In this document: positions 25,597-38,400 of the stretch, piece after piece
Layout: each line of letters starts with the position of its first letter
Numbering within the stretch: position 1 is the first letter of the stretch
DNA from: Eledone cirrhosa
Taxonomy: Eukaryota
Reading direction: 5' to 3'
DNA: 64,000 bases
Assembly: GCA_964016885.1 (NCBI GenBank)
Contig: OZ024741.1
Coordinates: 269,762,001-269,826,000, forward strand
Program-made: the position numbers and the translations under genes
The notes under the pieces: generated by a model
What the model saw: the letters and a program-made list of their open reading frames with translations, nothing else
What the model was told of the DNA's origin: nothing
Database searches by the model: none

Positions 25597-25745
25597 TAAC
25601 GAAGGAAATGTGGTAAGGGACCAGATGGACCATAACGCACCAAAGTAATCAATACTTAGGGTAGTAGAGTGGGTAATAGGAACAAGTATGACTCCGACGG
25701 CAGGGTTCAAGCCGTATCGGCGGCTAATTCTGGACTAAATAAGAC
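25597..25745 (-). mobile_element. Partial copy of the 29.3-29.8 kb hammerhead fold-back family
   Basis: Aligns with 29314-29458 (GGTAAGGxACCAGATGGACCATAACGCACCA...CCGACGGCAG...). Confidence 0.8.
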
Positions 25746-25861
25746 CGAAGGTAAAGTTTTCTCGGTGGAACTGGGATGTTCTTGGTGGAGAAGTCGATGT
25801 TGTGTTTTCGCATGGTGCGGGGGAAAAACTTGAGTTTGGCGGAATATATATATATACATAC

Positions 25862-25894
<33 letters not shown>

Positions 25895-25982
25895 TATGTA
25901 TGTATATGTATATATTTATGTGTATGTATGTATATATATATATTTATAGATATATATAGATATAATCTTTTAATCTTTTAGC

Positions 25983-26015
<33 letters not shown>

Positions 26016-26252
26016 TTATGTAATAAACATCATAAGATAATTATTTCATTTACCAGTGGTTTCTAGAAAGCAAATAAATCTGCTTCCAGTCGTCTGAAAG
26101 CAAATTTATGACGACTGAAAGCAGATTTATTTGCTTTCAAGAAACCACTGGTAAATGAAATAATTATCTTATGTTGTTTATTACATAACTAATAAGCTCT
26201 GTAACCTACATAGAGCCCTCGCTATTCCTGTACCTTTCCCACGGAATTACTT

Positions 26253-26255
<3 letters not shown>
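26016..26255 (+). mobile_element. Fold-back unit (IR 26016-26093 / 26110-26188 plus tail) with degenerate hammerhead motifs, in (TA)n
   Basis: Plus arm: ATGACGA, stem TGAAAGCAGAT/ATTTGCTTTCA, GAAA-CCACTGG-TA. The minus-arm core reads CAGACGA. Confidence 0.75.
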
Positions 26256-26291
<36 letters not shown>

Positions 26292-26759
26292 CTAAAGTAT
26301 TATATATACATATATATATATACTAAAACTCTGTGATTGTTTGCTTGCTTGCTTGCTTGTCTGTAACGTAATACAGCCAAAATGGCGCATAATGGGAAAA
26401 TACTTTCAAAGGAAGTTGCCCCTGAAATGAGAATACAAATGGAATAAAACAAGTTTCGCGTAAATCGGAGCACGGTCCCCGAGATATGTAGTTTTGTGTG
26501 TACCTTCATGAATATAGAGAGAGAAGGATAGACAGAAAAAGATATTGGATGTGAGAGAGTAGATTGAAAGAGATACATAGAGGGAGCGAAGGAGATAGAG
26601 AAGGAAAATGGAAGAGAGGAAGAAAGCTGATGGTGGTGTGACTTCAAAAAAACAAATACATCATTACTGTATGTATCCTGATAAATAGAAACGATTTCTA
26701 AGTGTGTGTGTGTATATATATATAGAATATTTACATATCGAGAGAGAGAAAAGGAGGGA

Positions 26760-27745
26760 TAGGTGATACATGTAGTTATTTGCCAAATAGCGTATGCAGA
26801 GGGTGCTCAATACTAGTGCCGGCAGTGTTAAATATTAGAAGTGTTAATATCTAGTGGGCGAGAGAATTAGCAGAGGGTAAGCACGTGGAGAAGTAAAATA
26901 CAGGAGAACAGACCGTTAAAACATGTTTATTTAAAATAGCACCTACGTACGTTTCGCCCGAATGGGCTTCTCAAGGGCATAATAACTAAAAAGCGTTCCT
27001 TGCATGACCCTGAATGGGTTTTTAGAGATAAGTTCACGTCAAAGTTCATTCTTCGTAAAAAAAACATGTTTTTATTTTTCAGTAGGTCAAGGGAGATAAC
27101 TCTGGTCGGTGTTAGGGAGTCTTTTCTGGACAAATTTTTTATCCGATACAAGCATGTGGTTACTACCTTACCATTGCCGATACGCACAGGGTCAGGTATG
27201 CAACGTTTGTTTGCTGCGCCTGCCCGACTGGGTCGATTCATGCCGGGTCTGGGATGCATGGTTAGTTTCCAGATGTTATTAGCAGCGCCTGCCCGCCGGG
27301 GTGTTAAAACTTGGTGCAGGGAGACCCGGTTTACGGTTTCACTCCTCGTTCTTATTCCATCTGAAGTAGGATATTTTTAAGCGGTGTGTACAGCTTATCG
27401 TCGTTTCAGCTCTGCTGTTGATGAGCTCGTGGGGTGCCGTTATGATGTGGTAGAGTTCCATGAGGTAAGCTCGCACTTCCTCTTGAAGTTGTACGGTGCA
27501 GCGCTGCCGACAATTTCCCAGTGCGTGGAGAAGCTGATGTTTAAGTCTTTTAATGCTGTGATGTACTTCGCGAGCGAAGTGGAGTGTCTTAATTTCTTAT
27601 TTGCGAAAGAGTGGAGATGTGTTCGAAATCTAATTTTGAACGGGTCTGAGGTAGCCCCTATATAATGTTTAACGCTATTATGGCTAGTTACGGTGCACCT
27701 ATATATAACCCTATCGGTCTGTTCTCCTGTATTTTACTTCTCCAC

Positions 27746-27748
<3 letters not shown>
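26760..27748 (-). mobile_element. Penelope-like element C, 5'-truncated: GIY-YIG C-terminus, 3' pLTR and a short inverted pLTR piece
   Basis: Minus ~27670-27340 translates YIGATSDPFKIRFRTHLHSFANKKLRHSTSLAKYI...WEIVGSAAPY...CEL. This is not in the ORF track. IR 26882-26915 / 27715-27748. Confidence 0.85.
26938..26980 (-). ncRNA. Minimal hammerhead motif with U3-A8 core variant
   Basis: Reverse complement reads GCCC-TTGAGAA-GCCC-ATTC-GGGC-GAAA-CGTACG-TA-GGTGC. Confidence 0.75.
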
Positions 27749-27773
<25 letters not shown>

Positions 27774-27781
<8 letters not shown>

Positions 27782-28500
27782 TAAAATAACAGATTAAAGT
27801 TTAAGCAAAGAATCGCTGCTTTCACCCTTAACGGGATCTTCTGAAACTAACAAAGTCAATCTGTAAACGCAGAAGTGGATATTTCAAAAAACGTTGCAAC
27901 CGGAGGAAGACAGGAAGTCGATACTTTGGTTCGTGGAAACGTTCCCTGGCAAAGAACGGGAAAAAACGAATATAATACGTCATTAATAGGAGCGGTGAAA
28001 AACAATACCATTTACGTGGTTTTCTCTTTGCGTGCAATTGTTCTCCACGCTCCACATATGACGTATTATCTTCGTTTTTTTTCGTTCATTGCCAGAGAAC
28101 GTCTCTGTGAACCACCTAAGAGAACATTAGTCTACGACCTCTTTTATACCATAAACGTGGTTCTGTCTTTGCGCGTAATTGTTTTTCACCGCTCCTATTA
28201 ATGACGTATTATATTCGTTTTTTCCCGTTCTTTGCCAGGGAACATTTCCACGAACCAAAGTATCGTCTTCCTGTCTTCCTCCGGTTGCAACGTTTTTTGA
28301 AATATCCACTTCTGCGTTTACAGATTGACTTTGTTAGTTTCAGAAGATCCCGTTAAGGGTGAAAGCAGCGATTCTTTGCTTAAACTTTAATCTGTTATTT
28401 TAATAAATATTTGCTCTACGGTTCTTATATATTTGATATATATTTATCCTTATCGAGCCCTCTTTGGATTTTAGTCTTCAAATTTATTATTATTACTATA
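27774..28500 (+). mobile_element. Fold-back unit with ~233-bp inverted repeats (27774-28006 / 28178-28410) plus tail, in (TA)n
   Basis: Arms are nearly identical, giving mirror ORFs MDISKNVATGG on both strands. The spacer holds a diverged direct copy of part of the right arm. Confidence 0.85.
28333..28390 (+). ncRNA. Hammerhead-like motif with CAGAAGA core (mirror copy on minus strand ~27795-27852)
   Basis: AGTTT-CAGAAGA-TCCCGTTAAGGGT-GAAA-GCA...TGC-TT-AAACT. All three stems can pair. Confidence 0.6.
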
Positions 28501-29069
28501 TATATATATATATATATATACTCAATACATTAACAGAGAAAGCTTTAAGCTTTACTCTGACTGGCTTCCATCTCACTCAACAAACATTAGGATATACCTT
28601 AGTATAATCCCAATTTTACGTTTGGGGTGCTAACTATATGTATTTTGCGGAAGGCCAGTAGTATTATTTTATGAGACATAATTAATATATATCTCCTTTT
28701 CCAAACAATTGTTTCATTATAAGTTATCTACAAGTTGGGAGAATGTGTCCGGGTTATGTAGAAGCCTTCACACATTCGTAGGAATATATGCAAGTGGGCA
28801 CTTTTAAATCATCTGTGGATGCCCGTCAAACATCGATATAAAAAAACTCTCTTACCGATGTTTAATTCCATGTCAGCGATGGTCTCCCTCCGTATCAGAA
28901 TGACCGCCAAATTTGAAATTCCAGCAGTCTTCAATCGGAAAGGGGAGGTCATCGCGAAACACAAGGATTTAAAATAATATACACGTGGGTCAATTAATTT
29001 TTTCGACAATTTTATATATATATATAAAGAAAAAAAAGATGAAATCGAAAATGCAACTGGAGTCTTATT

Positions 29070-29132
<63 letters not shown>

Positions 29133-29262
29133 ATGTCTGTCACCGGTGTACATAGGTCACTGACACCCGCATATATATATATGTATATATGTATACACAC
29201 ACACACACACACACACACACAGATACATACACACACACACATATACACACACACATACACAT

Positions 29263-29313
<51 letters not shown>

Positions 29314-29316
<3 letters not shown>

Positions 29317-29809
29317 CAAAGGAATTGTGGTAAGGAACCAGATGGACCATAACGCACCAGAGTGCTCAATACTTAGGGTAGAAGAGTGGGAAATAGGAAA
29401 AAGTATGACCCCGACGGCAGAGCTGAAGCCGTTTCGACGGCTATTTCTGGACTAAATTAGAATTTTTAGCCTGGCGAATAAATAGCCGAACCTTTCAAAG
29501 GGGTACTTCCTTATATGGGAAGATTGTAGTTTTATACATATCACTTTCAACGCTTACCGCTCCATTCACTCCCCTCTTGTTCTACAGGCAAGTTCAGCCA
29601 CCCCTACCTCCCACTAAATGCCATGATAGACTTATTTGTGTTTACAACAAAGTTTAACAAATCCTCTTGACAACTACAATCTTCCCATATAAGGAAGTAC
29701 CCCCTTGAAAAGTTCGGCTATTTATTCACCAGGCTAAAAATTCTAATTTAGTCCAGAAATAGCCGTCGAAACGGCTTGAGCTCTGCCGTCGGGGTCATAC
29801 ATTTCCCTA
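29314..29809 (-). mobile_element. Fold-back unit (IR ~29393-29531 / 29672-29809) with hammerheads in both arms, in (TA)n
   Basis: The IR is directly visible. A related partial copy lies at 25597-25745. Confidence 0.85.
29699..29795 (+). ncRNA. Type I hammerhead motif with U3-A8 core and GUC cleavage triplet (mirror copy on minus strand ~29407-29505)
   Basis: CCCC-TTGAAAA, stem II CGGCTATTT/AAATAGCCG, GAAA-CGGC-loop-GCCG-TC, then GGGG closing stem I. Confidence 0.8.
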
Positions 29810-29967
29810 TACATATATATATATATACATATATATACGGGCCTTCCAATTTCATTTTACATTATATACATGTCTGTGTATATTTTAATTATTTAAAAAT
29901 TATTTTGAAGTGAACGTCACCCGATGGGTCACGAGTGGTCAAGTATATATATATATATATATATATA

Positions 29968-30323
29968 TTCGCTTCAAGATGTCTATACACTGTGTAGTTC
30001 CCAAATCTGTTTTGATATATGCTGTTGAGTTGCAGTAGGTTGATGTATCTTTTGTTAATCGAGGTCTTGTTTAAGAGTTGCCACAAGCTGGTTAGTTTCA
30101 AAAGCTTTTGTGAAGTCAATGAAGGTGGTGTGCACAGGGTTGTTGAATTCCATTGATTTCTCAAGGATTTGTTCAATAGCTAGGATCTGCTCAATTATGC
30201 CTCTTCTAGGTCGATACACAGCTTGTATTTCAGGAAATGAGGCGTAAAGGTCCGACTTCACTCGTGCTGCAATGATACTCATGAAAATCTTGTAAACGTG
30301 ACTCAATAGGCTGATACCTTCTA
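29968..30323 (-). mobile_element. RTE LINE RT segment (early RT motifs), inverted relative to the rest of the element
   Basis: GISLLSHVYKIF...EIQAVYRPRRGIIEQI...FIDFTKAF...DILK. Confidence 0.85.
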
Positions 30324-30342
30324 CTTTTGTGTAGAGTACAAC

Positions 30343-31311
30343 TACGAGGGCAATCCCAAAAGTATGGTCTCCAAAGCGATGGGGACGCAGAGAAACTGTT
30401 CATACGGCTGTTGGCAACACTGTTGTGATTGGTGCTTCCTTCACTCCCAAACAAGCATGCGCGCGCTTCGCTGGGATGCTCAATCTTGGCTTGGCAGCCG
30501 TTGAGAATGGAGCTCCCGTTGAACGCTACCGCAAAGTGCGAAGTTCGCGCTGTTCTTCAGTTTTTGAACGGAAAAGGCGTTGAACCGATTGAAATTCATC
30601 GCCAATTGACGGAAGTGTATGGACAGTCATGCATGGATGTCAAAAACGTTCGCAAGTGGTGTAGAGAGTTTACAGCCGGTCGTACTGAAATTCACGACGA
30701 ACAAAGGAGCGGGAGACTGTCAATTTCCGAAGAGACAGTCGCAATTTTTCCGTTAAAATCCTGTGGATTGTGCTTCGGGAAACCTCAGGAACCAAAATGC
30801 AGAGAACATCCAAAGTGATCCGCCGATCTTTACGCATGTTTTCCTCAACCGTTGCGACTGTCTCGTCGGAAATTGACGGTCTCCCGCTCCTTTGTTCGTC
30901 GTGAATTCCAGTACGACCGGCTGTAAACTCTCTACACCACTTGCGAACGTTTTTGACATCCATGCTCGACTGTCCGTACACTTCCGTCAATTGGCGATGA
31001 ATTTCAATCGGTTCAACGCATTTTGCGTTCAAAAACCGAATAACTGCGCAAACTTCTCACTTTGCGGTAGCGTTCAACAGGAGCTCCATTCTCAACGATT
31101 GAGCATCCCAGCGAAGATTGAGCATCCCAGCGAAGATTGAGCATCCCAGCGAAGATTGAGCATCCCAGCGAAGATTGAGCATCCCAGCGAAGTGCGCGCA
31201 TGCTTGTTTGGGAGTGAAGCACCAATCACAACAGTGTTGCCAACAGCCGTACGAACAGTTTCTCTGCGTCCCGATCGCTTTGGAGACCTTACTTTTGGGA
31301 TTGCCCTCGTA
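30343..31311. mobile_element. Palindromic mariner derivative made of two 5' halves (TIR + HTH-coding region), with no catalytic domain
   Basis: Ends TACGAGGGCAATCCCAAAAGTA / TACTTTTGGGATTGCCCTCGTA. ORFs 30429-30818(+) and 30670-31032(-) both encode the mariner HTH (EIHRQLTEVYG...VRKWCREF...DEQRSGR). Confidence 0.92.
31097..31191. repeat. 5 x 19-bp tandem repeat GATTGAGCATCCCAGCGAA
   Basis: Five exact copies in the right mariner arm; a single copy in the left arm (~30467-30485). Confidence 0.95.
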
Positions 31312-31329
31312 GTTGTACTCTACACATGG

Positions 31330-32210
31330 CTGGGGATGTACTATCAGCATTTCTTTTCTGTATAGTTGTAGCTGCACTTATCTACCAAACTGAAGAAGAA
31401 TGCTCCTCTGGCTATCAAATAGGAGATAAAATCCTATCCAATCTTAGCTATGCAGACAATCTGGCCATCATGAGTTACTCTAGAACTGATCTGCAACACT
31501 TTCTGAATGTACTGGCCAAACATTCGCTGGAGGCTGGATTACACATCAACATCTCCAAAGCAAAATGCATGACAACTAATAAAAACAATGCCAATCTCCA
31601 ACTCACAATCTACAACCAGCAAATTGCTCAAGTTACGGAGTTTGTATATCTCGGTCACAAACTATCATCAAACAACAATGGAATGGTCGCTGTGCAGTGT
31701 CGCATCGCTCTAGGTTAGGCAGCTTTCAACAGGAACAGGGAAGTACTAACATCAAAAGGAGTTTCCTATCATTTGAAGATCTTCGATACTTACATCCTAC
31801 CAGTTGTGTTATATGGTCTTGACTGTGTTAATTGGACTACAAGGTCACTTCAGAAGCTCTCTACATTCCAGAACCACATCATGAGACTTATGACTGGCAA
31901 GGGGCTCAGCGACCGTATCTGTATCAGTGAGCTGCTCAACATTACCAGACTTAAACCAATTACATCAACTGTCAAGTCAAGAGTACTCAAACTATATGGC
32001 CATATAAAAAGATAAACTCATGGTGTGAGTAGGTTATGCTTGGAAGGAAGGTTGGTTGGTAAGAGAAGCAGAGGCCGGCAATCAAAACGATGGCTTGATA
32101 ATGTCAACTTATGGACTGGACTTGATCTTTGCTCTTTAAACTCTGCTGCTGGTGATCGAACTTTGTGGAGAAAAATATCTCATGTTGATGCGCAGTCTGC
32201 AACTGGTGGA

Positions 32211-32211
<1 letters not shown>
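31330..32211 (+). mobile_element. RTE LINE 3' portion (late RT motifs and C-terminus), decayed
   Basis: GDVLSAFLF, LSYADNL, GLHINISKAKCM, FVYLGH, LKLYGHIKR, GKRSRGRQSKRWLD. Confidence 0.9.
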
Positions 32212-32256
<45 letters not shown>

Positions 32257-32335
32257 GTATATATGTGTGTGTGTGTGTGTGTGTATGTGTGTGTGTGTGG
32301 GGGGGGGTGTATGTGTGTGTGTGTGTGTGGGGGGG

Positions 32336-32424
<89 letters not shown>

Positions 32425-32450
32425 CGTGTGTCTGTGTGTGTGTGTGTGTG
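32212..32450. repeat. (TA)n / (TG)n microsatellite block
   Basis: Direct reading. Confidence 0.95.
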
Positions 32451-35400
32451 GATCACTCCAACATATACGATTAGTTTCACTGACAAAATACCATTTGCTC
32501 ACTCAAACAGATATGGTTAGACTGATTGAAAAAATACCATTTGATCACTCCAACGGATAACGTTATGCTCATTGACAAATTACCATTTGATCACGCCAAC
32601 AGATATGGTCAGTCTCACTGACAAAATACCTTTTGATCACTCCACAAATATGGTTAGTCTCATTAACAAAATACCATTTGATCACTCCAACAGATAAAGT
32701 TATTCTCATTGACAAAATACCATTTGATCGCTCCAATAGTTATGGTTGGTCTCACTGACAAAATAACATTTGAACACGGCAACATGTAAGATTATTCTCA
32801 TTGACAAAATACCATTTGATCACTCCAACAGATATGGTTATTCACGCTGACAAAACACAATTTGAGGACTCCAACTGATATGTATAGTCTTATTGACAAA
32901 AAACATTTGATTACTCTAGCGGATATGGTTAGTCTCACTGACAAATTACCATTTGATCTCTGCAACAGATATTGTTATTCTCGTTGTCAAAATACCATTT
33001 GATCACTCCTACATATATGGTTGTTCTCAGTGACAAAATACCATTTCATCTCTCCAACAGATATGGGTAGTCTTTCTGACAAATTACCATTTGATCACTC
33101 CAAACGATATGGTTAGTCTCACTGACAAAATACCATTTGATCATTCCAACAGGTATGGTTAGTCTCACTGATAAAATACCATTTGATCCCTCCAGCAAAT
33201 AAGGATAGTATCATTGACGAAAATCCATTTGATCACTCAAAAAGATATGGGTAATCTCTCTGACAAAATACCATTTGATCACTCCAACACATAACGTTAT
33301 GCTCATTGACAAATTTCCATTTGATCACTCCAACAGTTATGGTCAGTCTCACTCACAAAATACCTTTTGATCAATTCAACAGCAATGGTTAGTCTCATTG
33401 ACAAAATACCATTTGATCACTCCAACACATATGGTTAGTCTCACTGACAAAATACATTTTGATCACTCCACAAATATGGTTAGTCTCATTAACAAAATAC
33501 CATTTGATCACTCCAACACATATGGTTAGTCTCACTGACAAAATACATTTTGATCACTCCACAAATATGGTTAGTCTCATTAACAAAATACCATTTGATC
33601 ACTCCAACACATATGGTTAGTCTCACTGACAAAATACATTTTGATCACTCCACAAATATGGTTAGTCTCATTAACAAAATACCATTTGATCACTCCAACA
33701 CATATGGTTAGTCTCACTGACAAAATACATTTTGATCACTCCACAAATATGGTTAGTCTCATTAACAAAATACCATTTGATCACTCCAACACATATGGTT
33801 AGTCTCACTGACAAAATACATTTTGATCACTCCACAAATATGGTTAGTCTCATTAACAAAATACCATTTGATCACTCCAACAGATAAAGTTATTCTCACT
33901 GACAAAATATCATTTGATAACTCCGACATATATGGTTGTTCTCATTAACAAAATACCATTTGATCTCTCCAACAGTTATGCGTAGACTTTCTGACAAATA
34001 CCATTTGATCCCTCCAAAGGATATGGTTAGTGTCCCTGACAAATTAACATTTGATCACTCGAACAAATATGGTTTGTCTCACTGACAAAATACCATGTGC
34101 TCACTCTAATAGATATGGTTAGTCTCATTGACAAAATACCATGTGCTCACTCTAATAGATATGGTTAGTCTCATTGACAAAATACCATTTGATCATTCTA
34201 ACAGGTATGGTTAGTCTCACTGACAAAATACCATTTGAGCACTCCAACAGATAAGGTTAATCTCATTGTCAAAAATCCGATTTGATCACTCTAACATATA
34301 TGGTTTCACTCATTGACAAAATACAATTTGATCCCTCCAGCATATAGGGATTGCCTCATTGACGAAAATCCATTTGATCACTCAAACAGATATGGGTAGT
34401 CTCTCTTACAAAATAGCATTTGATATCTGCAACAGATATTATTCTCGTTGACAAAATACCATTTGATCACTCCATCAGATATGGGTAGGCTTTCTGATAA
34501 AATACCATTTGATCCCTCCAACAGATATGGTTAGTGTCCCTGACAAATTACCATTTGATGACTCCATAAGATCTGGTTAGTCAAAGTGATAAAATACAAT
34601 TTGATAACTCCGAAAGATACAATTAGTCTCACTGACAAAATACCATTTGATCACTCGAACAAATATGGTTAGTCTCCCTGACAAAATACCATTTCATCAT
34701 TCCAACATATATGGTTAGTCTCACTGACAAAACAACATTTGATGTCTCCAACATATAAGGTTATTTTCATTGACAAAATACCACTTGATCCCTCCAAGAG
34801 ATATGGTTAGTTTCACTCACAAAATACCATTTGATCACTTTAACAGATACAGTTAGTCTCACTGACAAAATACCATTTGATCACTCCAACATATATGGTT
34901 AGACTCACTGACAAAATACAATTTGATCACTTCACGAAATACGGTTATTCTCATTGACAGAATACCAGTTGACCGCTCCAACAGGTATGGGTATTCTCAC
35001 TGACAAAATACCATTTGATCACTCCAACAGATACGAATAGTCTCATCGATAAAATAGCATTTGGTCCTTCCAACAGATATGATCATGCTCACTGACAAAA
35101 TATAATTCGATTACTCCACTAGATATGGTTAGTCTCTTTGGGAAAATGCCATTTGATCACTCCAACGGATATGGTTACTCTCATTGACAAAATACCATTT
35201 GATCACACCAGCAGATATGGTTATTCTCACTGACAATATACCATTTGCTCATTCCAACAAGTTAGGTTATTCTCATTGACACAATACCATTTGATCTCTC
35301 CAACAGATACGGTTAGTGTCATTGAAATAGAAATTGATTACTCCTGCGGATAATGTTAGTCTCATGCCATTTGCTCACTCCAACAGTTAGCGTTATTCTC

Positions 35401-38400
35401 ATTGACAAAATACCATTTGATCACTCCAACTGATATGGTTAGTCTCACTGACAAAATAGTATTTGATCACTCCAACTGATATGGTTCGTCTCATTGACAA
35501 AATACCATTTGACCCCTCCAACAAATATGGTTAGTGTCACTGACAATATACCGCTTGATCCCTTGAACAGATACGGTTAGTCTCATTGACAAAATACAAT
35601 TTGATAACTCTAACATATAAGGTTATTCTCATTGACAAAATACCATTTGATCACTCCACCAGATGTGGTTAGTCTCACTTACAAAATACCGTTTGATCCT
35701 TCCAAAGGATATGGTATGTCTCATTGACAAAATACCATTTCATCACTCAACTAGATGTTTATTCTCCCTGACGAACGACAATTTGATCACTGCAGCAGAT
35801 GTTGTTAATCTCTCTGACAAAATACCATTTGATCACTGGAACAGATATGCTTAGACTCACTGACAAAATACCATTTGATCCCTCCAACCGATCTGGTCAC
35901 AATTATGGGTAGTCACACTGACAAAATACCATTTGATCACTCCAACAGATATGATTAGTCTCAATGAAAAAATACCATTGGCTCAATCCAACAATTAAGG
36001 TTATTCTCATTGACAGAATACCATTTGATCTCTCCAGCAAATAGGGTTAGTCACATTGAAAAACAAAAATTGATTACTCCAGCGGATAATGTTAGTCTCA
36101 TTGACAAAATAGCATTTGATCACTTCAACAGATATCGTTATTCTCACTGAAAAATACCATTTGATCTCTCCAACAGATATGGTTATTCTAATTGACAAAA
36201 TGCCATTTGATCACTCCAATAGTTATCGTTGGTCTCATTGACATGATACCATTTGATAACTCCAACAGATATGGTTATTCTCATTGACAAAAATACCATT
36301 ATATCACTCCAACTGATATGGTGAGTCTCACTGGCAAAATAACATTTGATCACTCCAAAAGATATGGTTATTCTCATTGACAAAATACCATTTGATCACT
36401 CCAACTGATATGGTTAGTCTCACTGACAAAATAATATTTGATCACTCCAACTGATATGGTTCGTCTCATTGACAAAATACCATTTGATCACTCAAACAAA
36501 TATGGTTAGTGTCACTAACAAATTACCATTTGATCATTCCAACAGATATGGTTACTTTCATTGACAAAATACCAATTGATCACCCCAACATGTTAAAGTT
36601 ATTCTCATTGACAGAATGCCATTTGATCACTCCAACTGATATGGTTTGTCTCACTGACAATATACCATTTCATAACTACAATAGATATGGGTATTCTCAC
36701 TGACAATATACCATTTGATCACTCCAGCAGACATGGGTAGTCTCACTGACAAATACCATTTGATCACTGCAAAAGATATTGTTAGTCTTATTGACAAAAC
36801 ACTATTTGATCACTCCAACAGATAATGTTACTCTCATTGACAAGATACCATTTGATCACACCAACAGATATGGTTAATCTCACTGACAAAATACCATTTG
36901 ATCAGTCCAACTGATATGGTTAGTCTCATTGACAATATACCATTTGATCTCTCCAAAAGATATGGTTACTCTCACTGACATAATACAATTTGATCACACC
37001 ACCACATATGGTTAGTCCAACTGACAATATACAATGTGATCTTTCCAACAGATATGATTAGTCTCACTGACAAAATGCCATTTTATCCCTCCATCCGATG
37101 TGGTTAGTCTCATTGACAAAATGCCATTTGATCACTCCAACAGATAATGTTATTCTCATTCACAAAATACCATTTGATCACTCCAACAGATATGGTTTGT
37201 CTCACTGACAAAGTACATTTAGATAACCCCAGCAGATATGTGAAGTTTCACTGACGAAATACCATTTGATCACTCCAACAGATATGGTTAGTCTCATTGA
37301 CAAAATACCATTTGATCACTCCAACACATCTGGTTAGTCTCACTCATAAAATCCAATTAGATCACCCCAGCAGATATGTGAAATTTCACTGACGAAATAC
37401 CATTTGATCACTCTAACAGATATGGTTAGTGTCATTGATAAAATACCATTTGATAACTCCAACAGATATGTTTGGTCTCATTGACAAAATACCATTTGAT
37501 CCCTCCAACACATATGGTTACTTTCATAGACAAAATACCATTTGATCACTCCAACAGATATGATTATTCTCCCGGACAAAATACCATTTAACCACTCCAA
37601 CAATTAAGGTATTTCTCATTGACAATATACCATTGATCACTCCAACAGATATGATAATTGTCATTGACAAAATACCATTTGATCTCTCCAAAAAGTATGG
37701 TTAGTTTCTCTGACAAAATACCATTTGATCACTTCAACAGGTAGGGTTATTCTCACTGATAAAATACTATTTGTACACTCCAACATATACGGTTATTCCC
37801 ATTGACAAAATACCAATTGATCTCTCCAACAGATAAGGTTATTCTCATTGACAAAGTACCTTTTTATCACCACAACATATATGGCTAGTCTCACTGACAA
37901 CATACAATTTGATTTCTCCCTCAGATAAGTGTAGTCTCACTGACGAACTACCATTTGATCACTCCTGTAGAAATTGTTACTCTCATTGACAAAGTACCAC
38001 TTGATCACACCAACAGATATGATTATTCTCATTGACAAAATCCCATTTGATCCCTCCAACAAATTAACAAAGTACCATATATCGATTTCAAAAAATCAGG
38101 CTAGTTTCACTGACAAATACCATTTGATCACTCCAACAGATATGGTTATTCTCACAGACTAACGCCGATTTGATGACTCTAGGAGATGTGAAAGTCTCCC
38201 TGATAAATACCATTTGATCAGTCCAACAGATATAGTTAGTCTCACTGACAAAATACCATCTGATCACTCCAAAAGATATGATTATTCTCACTGACAAAAT
38301 ACTATTTGATCACTCCAACAACTAAGGTTATTCTCAGTGACAAAATATCATTTGATCACTCCAACATATATGGTTAGACTCACTGACAAAATACCATTTG

